DNA from: Macrostomum lignano
Lineage: Eukaryota
DNA length: 64,000 bases
Assembly: GCA_002269645.1 (NCBI GenBank)
Contig: NIVC01002065.1
Coordinates: 124,001-188,000 of the forward strand
Reading direction: 5' to 3'
The position numbers and the translations under genes were made by a program. Positions 28,321 through 40,957 of this stretch are shown piece by piece. Within the stretch, counting starts at the first letter, position 1. Each line of letters begins with the position of its first letter. The notes below the pieces were generated by a model. It had not been told where the DNA came from. It was given only the letters and a program-made list of their open reading frames with translations, and searched no databases.

Positions 28321-29229
28321 CTCCTTTTAACTCCCTTTAACTCCCTACCATGAATATCTTCTTCAATGCTCCTCTTCTGGATATTAATATCAATTAATAA
28401 AATTGTGGGCTTTTAAGAAGTGTTCGCCTATCTGTGAATATCGTAAATCGCTTGCAACATTCTCAGAGCCACCCAGCCACCCTTCTCCCGAGCCAGAGAG
28501 AGGTACAATGTCATCATTCAGCGTCGACTTGAGGCCAGTGGCAGTTAAAGCGATTCTGAAGTACAGTGTTACACTGACAGCTCAATGAGGCATGGTCTCT
28601 CAGGCTTCACGGAGCAATGCGTCCTCATCAAGGGAGAGCTACTCCCAGCACACTGGACTTAACTCCAGTGTTTTTAGAGCGAGCTGTTTGCCATCAGCTC
28701 CTGTGCGGCAGAGCTGCACCGAAGGTAGCTCAGCGGTCGGGATTTTTTTTCACTCCGACAGCCAAGCAGTCCTACGGGCCCTTGAAATAAATTTGAGAAA
28801 ACTTTGAAAGAACCTAATTAAGTTCCGTACCGGTATAGGCAAAGTAAGGGTAAGCATAGGGTAAGGGCATTGAGTATTTTCTATGTACACTGTATAGTCG
28901 TTGATGGAATATATCTATAAATTTACAATACACATAGTAATTGAATTAAACTGTACTTTGGCCAGATCTGTAGATAGTGATACACTGTACACCAACATGT
29001 AAGCTGCAGTGTGCAATACTGTATGCTAAAAAGTACTTGCTTTTGCCTGATTAAAAAAACATTATTGTATATTGGCAATTGGCAAAATTAGTTATCAAAA
29101 TAATTTTCTTCGTTCTTAGAATAGCATAAAGAATATAAGACACCTGTATATATAATTGCTGTTTTTGCTACTGACCTTCCAGCTGTATGTACTATACTAG
29201 TGCCGTTTGTTCTACCTTCTGAAATTGAT

Positions 29230-30115
29230 CCTATAACTGTCACCAAATGTTGTCACAGGTCTCTTTGTCCTTGTCCTGAGAAATCCTCTTCGCTATCACC
29301 AAATTTATCGGGTTTCTTCTTCTAATACTTAATTCATGTACTTCAGTAGTATTTCACATATAGCCGCTAGCGTATTACAGCACTGATTTAGGCACGTCCT
29401 AGGCTCCCCACTAATTTTGTGCACCCTCCTTTCCCTGTGATTTCTGCGCCCCGTGATGACTCATGCTTATCGTCCACACCCTCCTCCGCTCACCAACCCC
29501 ACCTCCTTTTTTCGAAATCATTCATTCGTGTGACAGTTTTATAACCCCCAAACTCTCGAAGCTTTTTCTTGCCTGTTGCGTAATCCCCCATCATAAATCA
29601 TTCTTCTCCGCTGCACCTTCACCCCAATGTCTCGTCCAATAACAGCGCGGCTGACGGGTCACTTCATCAGGTTGCTTGGTAACGGGAGGTCAAGGGCAAG
29701 TCACGGCCTTCAATATCACGCATTACGCTTACGTGATCACATGACGCATGATCTCAGGGCTATCAATAAGAGCTCGTTTCGAGTTCTTAGCGCCAACTTT
29801 CTGAACTTCCTGACCGTAGTCAACTGCCCTTCCTTTCCACGTTTAGCTATTACCATTCCGCTTTTCCTTCCCTTTCGACAAGGACCTTTAACAATCGTTT
29901 AAAGGACCTTTCGGAGCTTTAACAATCGTTCGGAGCCCCTTCACCCTGACCTGAGCGGGCAAACCGGTACCCCTCCCGAACCCCGAACCCGGTACCAAAG
30001 CCCGACCCCAAACAGCCCACATTAACCAAATAATCATAGCAGTAATAAAACTCCTAAATAAATCCCCGTAGGATATGTGAATGCACCACGAGAAGAGTTT
30101 CGAAAAAGTCTATAA
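29230..30115 (+). mobile_element. Possible second LTR-like remnant
   Basis: GC-richer non-coding block that shares CAC(A/C)ACCCCACCTCC and ATGACTCAT with the minus strand of the 9471-11683 element. AATAAA signals near 30045-30060. Termini not firmly defined. Confidence 0.3.
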
Positions 30116-31388
30116 CAAATTTTATGCTTAGAATGGTTTTTAAAAACGCTGCATTAAAACAATATTGGCGAAAGTTTAAAATGCAGTAATTTCTAAGAAA
30201 GAATGAAGCTATTTATAAAAACGTATATTTAAGCGCGTAGAATTATACACTGTCGTAAAATTACATACAATATGAAAATACAGTAATACAGTAACAGAGA
30301 AAAACAGGGCTTTTGTAGATAATCTCTTTGACATTGATTCTACCTTTTATTTTCGCACAGACAGAAGGCGGATGTTTAAGTTTTTAACCTATCATCACAT
30401 CACATCATGAAGACTCAGCCTAAATAGCTGGCATTGACAGTAGCAGTAGGCCCTACAAGCTATATTTATACACAGGAATCAAAGTGGCTGACTCGCTTGT
30501 TAATAAGCAAACACACAATAGATAAAAAGGCAAACAGCAAGTTTGGCTAGCAAAATTCTTGCTATCAAGCCTTGGCTGCTAAACTTTGTTACTTTACTTT
30601 AGCTAGCAACTGTTAGCAGATCTCCTGCTTGCAAATCTTGTACTTCCACTGGTTAACTAGATAATATATCTGCATTACGTGTATTTTAATATTACCTGAG
30701 CTTGAACCAAGGCTAAATAATATAGCATTCATTTATGTACAACTTCAGTACTATAGGCCCTACCATTTTATATCCAACTTTGAGTCTTGTTCAAAAGAAA
30801 CAAGCAGAACTTCAATTCAAACAATTAAAGCAATCTTAGCACTTATAGAAATTCAATTCAAATAAAGTACTTTTACAGGGTTTTTGTGCCAAATTTGTGC
30901 CCTTGCCATATTTTTTCTAAATCCAAATGGTATAAATTACTTTAATTAAGGCAATTGGTCCCACTTTGGCATATTTATTTTCAATTTGGCAATCCTCATT
31001 TTGAGTTTTCAGTTCTAGACATTAAAAAACATTGTTTTATTTTATACAAACTAGGATTTTAAACCTGCAGCAGTGCAGTCCAATACCTAGAACTATTTTT
31101 GCATATATTCTATAATCTAAAGCCATATTTAAGAAACCTATTAATAATAGGCCTAATAGTTAAAAAAGAATTAAAGAAAAATTGGAGTAAACTTGCGTTA
31201 AATTAAAATTTGAGGCCAGTATTGATCTTATTTATTAGGGTTATAACAGATTGATAGGTAGCTAATATCTGTTTAAAATATGCATTGGCAAACTCTAGGG
31301 TCTTTGATCTCTACCTCTATCTCTGTCCCTTAGGTCCTTTGAAATTTCTCTGTTCTTTTCTCTCTTCTCTTTTTCTTATTTTTCCACG

Positions 31389-32211
31389 AGTATAACTTTG
31401 GCCATCAACTTTTCCGTCAACTTTTCCAATAACTTCTATTAACTATTCAGTCAACTATTCTGTCAACTTTTCGTGTTAGTAGGATAAATAACTTTATCTG
31501 TCAACTATTCTGTCAACTTTTCCGTTAACTTTTCCATTAAGTATTCCATTAACTTTTCCGTCAAGTATTCCAATAAATTTTTCCATTAACTCTTCCGTTA
31601 ACATTTCCGTTTACTATTCCGTTAACTTTTCCGCCAAAATCTCATCACTTTTCCATTAACTATTTCATCAACATTTATGCAATTGCAAGTCTGTAAAATA
31701 TATTCTATCAAATTTTTTGTGTACTCTGAATAGAAAGTGTTAATTTTTTGTATAAGTGCAGTTTCCTTAGCAATTTTTTATACATACTTTAAATTTGTTG
31801 AGTATACACATGTACATGTATAAATTATAAATAAAAAACACACGCAAAAATTTCCAGCGCAACATGTTCCAGAATTTAATCGGTATTGCTACACTACCTG
31901 CACTACAACATCTGCACTTGTTCATTGATTTATCTTTGTGAAATAAAGTGCTAGTACTAGGGAAAATGGAAAAGATGCATGTTGCTACTAACTCAGGCAT
32001 GTTTTTTCATTGATATACATAAGCATGCAAACAATAAATGATCAAAGAGCTACTTGCATGATGATCCTATTTGAGAAAGTCACATATGTTTTTTCAGAGC
32101 AATAAATTGTTGATGGAAAATTTGATGGAAAAGTTGACGGAAAAGTTGACGGAAAAGTTAACGGAAAAGTTGACGGAAAAGTTAACAGAAAAGTTGACGG
32201 CCAAAGTTATA
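31389..32211. mobile_element. Foldback element with subterminal 12-bp tandem repeats
   Basis: Left AGTATAACTTTGGCC followed by (AACTTTTCCGTC)n; right (GACGGAAAAGTT)n followed by GGCCAAAGTTATACT. Confidence 0.75.
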
Positions 32212-35200
32212 CTTGTATTTTTCCTCTTCTCCTTTCTTCCCTTTTATCTTATTTTTTCTTTCTTATCCTTCCTCTCTTCTTTCTACTCTGTTCTCTCTAC
32301 TCTTTCCCCTTTTTTCTTTCTTTTCTCTACTTTCTCATCTTTCCTTTCCACTATTCTCTCTTTCCTTTACCGTCTTCCTTTAATTCTGTCTTATGTTATT
32401 TCTCATCTCATGTTTTATCAACTTTTTTCTCTATCCCCTTTAGTTTTCTCTTATCGGCTAGATATAGCCATAAGCTATATTCTCTATTGGGTAAAAATGC
32501 AAGTCTTAAGTCTATGTTCCAGAAAGTAGCAAGATGATATTTATACCCATGCTGTTTAGTGCATATCCTATGGTATCAACTCAAGTGCTTAGAAAGCCAG
32601 TTTGTATAACAGAATACTTTTAATTAGATAGTGGTTAGTATCTCTCACTAAACTATCATGGCTAAAAGCCTCTTTACAAGTACAAAGAAGGCTATAAATA
32701 AGTTTTATTCCAAAACACTATATTTGCTATATATACTCAGCCCTATTGCCTGACTCTTTCCTCTAGAAGACTGAGTAAAACAGTACAAATACCAAAAACA
32801 GACAAACTTCATATGCTTACAGTTTCCTTCCTAATTGAGTTACAGAGTTTGAGACTCTACATTTAGACATAGAATAAATAAATGAAAAATTGTGTCAATT
32901 TTAAAGTCAATTGCTTCATATAAAGCAAACTTATAGCAGCCAAAAGTTAGTCAATTGTAAACCCCTTTTAAACATCTTGCCAGATAAGGAAAAGAGAGAT
33001 GCAAAGAGGTTGGGGTGGTTGCATTGTTAAAAAAAACTAACTTTAAAGTGCATAGTGCCATTTGGGATTAACTTTAAGACTTGAAATTATATACAATTGT
33101 GTCAAAATAGTTGAAGATTGTTTATGTCAAATTTGAAGACAATTGGTAAACTTGGAGCAACACTTTAAAGAATTTAGTTTTTTGTACTTTTTAATAATTT
33201 TTGCACTTTTAGGTAGGATTTAGTATATTAGAAGATTTAGTGTATGAAAGACTTAAATTTAGGAAATTTTAAGGTCATACTAAATTTCTGTTATCTTGCC
33301 TAGGACTTTCCTATACAGCCTAAGACATAGTAAGTTTAGGGCAGATACAAAATTTGCTATAATTTGGTAAAGCAGTTTGGGAGTTCATAGCAAACAAAAT
33401 TATACATAGATGGATTTTTCATTTTTTTAGGTATAAATTTAAATTTTTATTTTTTCCTATAAATTTTTGTTGTTTGTTCAAAAGCACATACAAAGCACAA
33501 TTCACAAAAGCAAAATTTGATGTTTTAAATTTTAAATACATTTAAGTCAAGTAAACAATTAAAAAAATATGTCATAGGCATATCAAGTTTCAAAATGGTA
33601 CAAGTTTTGTTAGGGTGAGGTGCCAAATGGCACATATTTATCAAATTATTAATCAAGTTATCAAGTTATTTTCAAATGAAAAAAACCATGGTCCCTTTCT
33701 ATTTAAACAGGTGAAATTTAATTCAGACAATCTGTAGCCAAAATATCCCCAAATGACATATATAAGTAGATTTAAAATTCAAAAGAAACTAGGTATATTC
33801 TATTTTGACAATCAATAAATATAAGACTAAAATGTAAAATAATAAGTTAGTGTTAGTTAATCAACTTAGGGGCAATCTTTTATTCTTGTATATTAAATTA
33901 TTTTTTATTAGTTGTTTAATTTAGGCCTAATTAGTATATGCAAAATGATGTAGCCTAAAAGATTTATCTATAGCACAAAGTTGACTATTAGTTGGGTGGT
34001 TAGACTTAACCAGTGGGCAGTCGATATGAAGCAGATGTATTAGACTCAACTCAAGAAACTCAATTATTATAGTACACTAATAAACCATGGTTAGTTTTTT
34101 ACTTGGTTTTTTGCCATTATTGCCATTAGATGTGCTTTTTAGGCTTATTGTCTTTATTTATTATAGGACTATCCATTATCAGCTTCATTAGTTGATAGGT
34201 AACAATCTATCTATTGAAATTTATTAATCTTTTCATGAATTTGTTATAGAATATATTATTTATCATTAAACAAAACAGATAATTAAATGTGCACAAATAA
34301 AAGATTGCCAACTTGAGCCATCTAACTACCAATTTCCTATCAACCAAGGCAATGAAAGATATAAACATGGTTAAACCATTAGTGCACTTGTCCATAGAGA
34401 TATAGCCAATGATTCTAGTGAAGCCAAGACCAAGAGCCAGTTTGGGCAATTGCCAACCCAATAATTTTGTTGGGAAGGGGCTTTGCCTTCCCAATAATAT
34501 CTTTAAATCATACCAAGAATTATAATATAGCACAATGTACTAATATATTGAAAAGGCTTCTTTATTTAAAAATACCAAAGTTTGCCTTTATGTTGTCTAC
34601 CCAACATTTTTCTTCTTTTGGTGTAATTGCTACCTACTATATTGTATAACAGCCTTTATGAATTATGATATAATCTGTCACTATTAATTATAATAGCATA
34701 TTGTCAAGGCTACTATTCCACAATCTCTTCCTTGAATTCTATTTCAACTCTATAAATTCCATTCTCTTCTAACAATTTATCATCTTCAATTTAATATTTT
34801 TAAGCATTTATACTAATTCTTGGTATGTTATTATATAGTCATATAGTACAAAAATGAAAACAAAAAATAGACTAACTTATAAGAATATATCTATTTGTAC
34901 AAATCTGTCAAAATAGAATGTAACATTCTTTTTATTTTAAATCTACTTATGCATATAACTTGGGGACAATTTTGGCTATAGATAGTCTAAATTAAAGTTT
35001 ATCTGTTTCAACAGAAAAGGACTTCATTTGAAATTTGAATTGAATTTCCACAAGTGCTAAGGTTTCTTAGTGTTTGAATTGAAGTTTTACTTGGTTCTTT
35101 TGATCAAGACTTTGTTCAAAATAGGAGATGAAATAGTACTGTTTCTTCCTATATTCTATAATCTTGATTGCATTTATATGCAACATTGTAAGGTCTACAT

Positions 35201-36126
35201 TGTTGGCTTTGCTATACATCTAATTTTGTGCCTTAATCTTATATTTTTTTATAATTATGATCATGTTTGCCTTTGCTTTAACAGGCTGTGTCTAAGGATT
35301 GAGCAATGATAAGTTATAGAGAATAACCTAAGTTTTGAATATTGGCCTTGGATCTATAAACTATTTCCCTATCGTATAACATATTACTTTTATCTTTTTG
35401 TAAGTTTATAATAATAGGCCTGCTTAGTTTTAACTGCCCTTAATAATTCTAGAGCTTAATACATTTTCTATCAATTTTTAATTTGTAGGCCTATATTATA
35501 TTTTTAAAAGTATGCCTTTTAAGTTCATTCTAGTAGGTATATACTCTAACCCATATACTTTGCTCCTAAAATCCTAAAGCACAAAAAATATACGCTCGTA
35601 TACCAATAATCCTATATTCTATAAACCCTAAGCTATATTAGGACTTCAATGATAGTTTTTTGACTTGTCAATATGTTTACAAAAGAAAAATTTGAAGAAA
35701 AAGGTTTTTTGCAAATGAATAACTTTGCAATGTAATTACAAAGAAAAAAACAAATGTGAACTAGAAGGAAAAGAAAAAAGAACTTTTCATAGAGAAAACA
35801 TTTAAAAGCTAATTACTTAGCTTTCATTAGGATAATACAAACTGTCATCTTTTTCATCGAAATAGCTTTTTTTTAAATGACACAGAAAGGTACTTTTGTA
35901 TTTTTAAATTTTCATTGGCCCAGGCCTATATTTCAATTAGTCTATAATAAATTTACTTTTATTAGGAGCAACTAATTAGAAAGACAATATATGTATGCAA
36001 AACCTCTAAAATCATACTGGCTATAATTATATGGCTTAGTTTTTGCTAAAAAAACTAATGGTAGCAAATGAAGGTGCAGAGGGTAGCAACTGAAGAGTCA
36101 GAAGGGTAGAAGTGAAGATTTAGAGG

Positions 36127-36710
36127 GAAGCAACTGAAGAGTTGGGAGAGAAGCAACTGAAGAGTTGGGAGAGAAGCAACTGGAGAGTTGGGAGAGAAGC
36201 AACTGGAGAGTTGGGAGAGAAGCAACTGAAGAGTTGGGAGAGAAGCAACTGAAGAGTTGGGAGAGAAGCAACTGGAGAGTTGGGAGAGAAGCAACTGAAG
36301 AGTTGGGAGAGAAGCAACTGAAGAGTTGGGAGAGAAGCAACTGGAGAGTTGGGAGAGAAGCAACTGAAGAGTGTGGAGAGAAGCAACTGAAGAGTTGGGA
36401 GAGAAGCAACTGAAGAGTTGGGAGAGAAGCAACTGAAGAGTTGGGAGAGAAGCAACTGAAGAGTTGGGAGAGAAGCAACTGAAGAGTTGGGAGAGAAGCA
36501 ACTGAAGAGTTGGGAGAGAAGCAACTGAAGAGTTGGGAGAGAAGCAACTGAAGAGTTGGGAGAGAAGCAACTGAAGAGTTGGGAGAGAAGCAACTGAAGA
36601 GTTGGGAGAGAAGCAACTGAAGAGTTGGGAGAGAAGCAACTGAAGAGTTGGGAGAGAAGCAACTGGAGAGTTGGGAAAGAAGCAACTGAAGAGTTGGGAG
36701 GGTAGCAACG
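36127..36710 (+). repeat. 23-bp minisatellite (~25 copies) ~250 bp upstream of VPS36
   Basis: Unit GAAGCAACTG(A/G)AGAGTTGGGAGA. Confidence 0.95.
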
Positions 36711-36959
36711 GAATATTTGCAGAAAAGATTTAAGCTAATTGGCGAGGGATCTTGTCCCTTGGGTTTTTGCTCTTCGGTTATACAGGCACATACCTTTACT
36801 CCAGACATACAATGTGGGTTGCTTGCTTAGTGTAATCAGTGCCATCAAGATAACGTTGTATTTAGCGGCCACGCCAAGTTTTACTTAGCAAATTCTAATA
36901 GCAAACATGCGCATATTGCATGGTGAGACAACAATCGTTACCTTGCTAGCATAGGCACA

Positions 36960-39473
36960 ATGAACAGATTCTATTGGTCCAGTTCAGATCTGGCACAGTC
37001 GGAGTCGCTCATCCTACAGCAGGACGGAGTCGGCTTATATGACGGCGACACTCGTTTATCGGCGTTCGACTCCGGCCGGCTGACCCTTACCACCCACCGG
37101 GTGCTCTGGTGCGACAAAAATGACGTCATTGCCTTCAACTTGAAGGACGTGAAACGGGTTCGCTCGGAGACTGGCGGCCTGTTTAAATCCGCTAAACTGG
37201 TGGTCAACTTTCACGCCAAGGACCCGTCGGATGCTTGCTGGCGACAGGTAGATTACATCTGATAGCATCTGGGTAGCACCTGGTCTCTGATGAGTCAGTG
37301 GGTAGCATCTGGTCTCTGATGAGTCAGCGGGTAGCATCTGGTCTCTGATGAGTCAGTGGGTAGCAGCATCTGGTCTCTGATGAGTCAGTGGGTAGCAGCA
37401 TCTGGTCTCTGATGAGTCAGTGGGTAGCATCTGGTCTCTGATGAGTCAGTGGGTAGCATCTGGTCTCTGATGAGTCAGTGGGTAGCATCTGGTCTCTGAT
37501 GAGTCAGTGGGTAGCATCTGGTCTCTGATGAGTCAGTGGGTAGCATCTGGTCTCTGATGAGTCAGTGGGTAGCATCTGGTCTCTGATGAGTCAGTGGGTA
37601 GCATCTGGTCTCTGATGAGTCAGTGGGTAGCATCTGGTCTCTGATGAGTCAGTGGGTAGCATCTTGTCTCTGATGAGTCAGTGAATAACATCTGGTCTCT
37701 GATGAGTCAGTGGATAGCATCTGGTCTCTGATGAGTCAGTGGGTAGCAGCATCTGGTCTCTGATGAGTCAGTGGGTAGCACCTGGTCTCTGATGAGTCAG
37801 TGGGTAGCATCTGGTCTCTGATGAGTCAGTGGGTAGCATCTGGTCTCTGATGAGTCAGTGGGTAGCATCTGGTCTCTGATGAGTCAGTGGGTAGCAGCTG
37901 GTCTCTGATGAGTCAGTGGGTAGCATCTGGTCTCTGATGAGTCAGTGGGTAGCAGCTGGTCTCTGATGAGTCAGTGGGTAGCATCTGGTCTCTGATGAGT
38001 CAGTGGGTAGCACCTGGTCTCTGATGAGTCAGTGAATAGCATCTGGTCCTTGATGAGTCAGTGGGTAGACTGGCAACAGACTTGAGTCAGAGAGAAAGGA
38101 TCTAAGCTGATAAGCGAAGAATATTCGCTCTTTAGTCATGCACTGTACTGAGCAGGCCGCCCCCTTCCCTCCCGGCATGCAGGGCGGACCGCTGGCCAAG
38201 TCCGATCAGGACTATATAAAAATTGCCTTCCGTCAGGCTGGCGACATCGAGTTCCTAGCCGGCATTGAGGAGGCTCTGCGCAACAAAGTCTGGGCTAAGC
38301 AGGCGCCGGCTGCGGCTTCGCAGCGTCACTTCGGCATCGGCGGCATCGAGAGGCGCATGGCTGAGCAGCGTAAAACTGCGGACAGGAGCATCGCCGAGGC
38401 GTTCGACGATTTGGACGCGCTGATGCGCCTAGCCGAGCCTATGGTGTCCATGACCAAAGCGGTGGCGCAGCGGATGCGGGACAAAGCTCCGCCTGAGGAT
38501 GAAGCTGCTCAGCTCAAACAGCACCTGCTGGCTATGGGCGTGCAAGATCCAATTACTAGAGAGCAGTACGGTGGCGGATCGCATTATTTTAATAGCCTGG
38601 CCAAGCAGGTTAGCTGATAGTGTGTTCATTTTATTAGCCTGGTAGCGAAAGGCGGAGTCCTGCTGAGTGAGTGAGTAGTGAATGGCGGAGTCCTGCTGAG
38701 TGAGTGAGTAGTGAATGGCGGAGTCCTGCTGAGTGAGTGAATAAGGAATGGCAGAGTCCTGCTGAGTGAGTGAATAAGGAATGGCAGAGTCCTGCTGAGT
38801 GAGTGAATAAGGAATGGCAGAGTCCTGCTGAGTGAGTGAATAAGGAATGGCAGAGTCCTGCTGAGTGAGTGAATAAGGAATGGCAGAGTCCTGCTGAGTG
38901 AGTGAATAAGGAATGGCAGAGTCCTGCTGAGTGAGTAGGGAATGGCAAAGTCCTGCTGAGTGAGTGAGTAGAGAGTGGCGGAAAAGCTCGCATACAGGAC
39001 AGCATAGACACCTATATCACCGCAACTTTCCTCAACAGGTGAGCGAATTCCTAGAGCAGCCGCTTCGCGAACGCAGCGGCGTAATGACCCTGACAGACGC
39101 CTACTGCCTGTACAATCGGGCTCGGGGACTCGACCTGATCTCGCCGGAGGATCTGGTTGCGGCGGCGCGGGCCATGAGCCAGCTGGGCTTGGCAGTCAGG
39201 CTGCACACCTTCGATAGCGGCGTTATGGTGCTGCAGCTGGCCAGCCACAATCAGCAGGCGGCGCTGGAGTCAGCGGCCGAGGCTGTCAGGCAGCGGGGCC
39301 ACCTCACCGCCCAGGAGCTGTCCAGAGCTGCCGGCCTGTCCGTCACGCTGGCCAGAGAGCGGCTGCTGCTCACTGAAGCAGCCGGGCTCACCTGTCGCGA
39401 CGACGCCGTCGAGGGACTGGCTTTTTATCCTAATCTGTTCGACACGTTTCCAGTTGAGACTGTGGCAGAATAG
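36960..39473 (+). CDS. VPS36: ESCRT-II subunit VPS36/EAP45; exons 36960-37247, 38156-38608, 39039-39473 (391 aa)
   Basis: GLUE domain (QQDGVGLYDGD..FDSGRLTLTTHRVLW; YIKIAFR), EAP30 region (GIGGIER, SIAEAFDDLDALM, LLAMGVQDPITRE) and WH domains (MTLTDAYCLYNRARGLDLISPEDL, LARERLLLTE..GLTCRDDAVEGLAFYPNLF). All phase-0 GT-AG introns. Confidence 0.96.
37271..38070 (+). repeat. 29-bp minisatellite (~27 copies) filling VPS36 intron 1
   Basis: Unit GGTAGCATCTGGTCTCTGATGAGTCAGTG. Confidence 0.95.
38650..38975 (+). repeat. 33-bp minisatellite (~10 copies) filling VPS36 intron 2
   Basis: Unit GAGTCCTGCTGAGTGAGTGAATAAGGAATGGCA. Confidence 0.95.
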
Positions 39474-39544
39474 GTTGAAGTTCTATTTGTAGGAACTGTT
39501 TAAATATTATTTTGCCGCATACATCAGAATTTAGAGCTAAAGAC

Positions 39545-40537
39545 AGACTTTTGTAAGGGCAGACTTCTGTAAGGACAGACTTCTGTAAGGGCAGACTTCT
39601 GACAGACTTCTGTAAGGACAGACTTCTGTAAGGACAGACTTCTGACAGACTTCTGTAAGGACAGACTTCTGTAAGGACAGACTTCTGTAAGGACAGACTT
39701 CTGTAAGGACAGACTTCTGTAAGGATAGACTTCTGTAAGGACAGACTTCTGTAAGGACAGACTTCTGTAAGGACAGACTTCTGTAAGGACAGACTTCTGT
39801 AAGGGCAGACTTCTGTAAGGGCAGACTTCTGTAAGGGCAGACTTCTGACAGACTTCTGTAAGAACAGACCTCTGTAAGGACAGACTTCTGTAAGGACAGA
39901 CTTCTGTAAGGACAGACTTCTGTAAGGACAGACTTCTGTAAGGACAGACTTCTGTAAGGGCAGACTTCTGACAGACTTCTGTAAGGGCAGACTTCTGACA
40001 GACTTCTGTAAGGGCAGACTTCTGTAAGGACAGACTTCTGTAAGGGCAGACTTCTGTAAGGAAAGACTTCTGTAAGGACAGACTTCTGACAGACTTCTGT
40101 ATAAAAGGCTTCTGTAAGGACAGGCTTCTGTAAGGACAGACTTCTGTAAGGACAGACTTCTGACAGACTTCTGTAGGGGCAGACTTCTGACAGACTTCTG
40201 TAAGGGCAGACTTCTGACAGACTTCTGTAACGGCAGACTTCTGTAGCGGCAGACTTCTGTAAGGGCAGACTTCTGTAAGGGTAGACTTCTGTAAGAACAG
40301 ACTTCTGTAAGGACAGGCTTCTGTAAGGACAGACTTCTGTAAGGGCAGACTTCTGTAAGGACAGACTTCTGTAAGGGCAGACTTCTGTAAGGGCAGACTT
40401 CTGTAAGGACAGACTTCTGTAAGGGCAGACTTCTGTAAGAACAGACTTCTGTAAGGACAGACTTCTGTAAGGACAGACTTCTGTAAGGACAGACTTCTGT
40501 AAGGACAGACTTCTGTAAGGACAGACTTCTGTAAGGC
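39545..40537 (+). repeat. 16-bp minisatellite (with 11-bp truncated units) just 3' of VPS36
   Basis: Unit CAGACTTCTGTAAGG(A/G). Confidence 0.95.
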
Positions 40538-40957
40538 AAAATACAAGTATGCGAAAATTTGTGGCTCCATCTTACATACCTGACTCAAAAATGATGCCAT
40601 TAATGCTTATTAATATGATTGCTTATTGCCATGTTTTTTTGTTTATACTTAAATAAATATATTCGATTTGATTACTTATGCACAATACAGAACGAAATAT
40701 TGATGATAAAGTTCATTCAATAGTCTTACAGAGCCTTTGTTTTAACTAAAATTTGAAGAAAAAAATTGTCTTTCTGATCTGCCTAATTTTAGTAGTGCGT
40801 CCAGCACGTTACTTAAAGCAGTTTCTGTAAAAACAATAACAAGCGCTGTCAATTTGAAGGTCATAAAAGGTAGATAAACTTACTTCTGAAATGCAAGTAT
40901 ATTTCCTTTGCATTTCTTTGTTTATTTGCGCTTCTAACTCTTATTGATTGACTGACA

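Noticed and set aside
32071-32529. 152-aa ORF with EKLT repeats and a hydrophobic tail
   Set aside because: It derives from the foldback 12-bp repeats plus a CT-rich tract.
36055-36808. ORFs of 180-236 aa in three frames
   Set aside because: They are products of the 23-bp array.
37271-38070. CTGATGAG hammerhead core in every unit
   Set aside because: There is no GAAA partner motif and no stems II/III.
39430-40600. 369-aa and 358-aa minus-strand ORFs
   Set aside because: They are translations of the 16-bp minisatellite, with no start context or splice sites.
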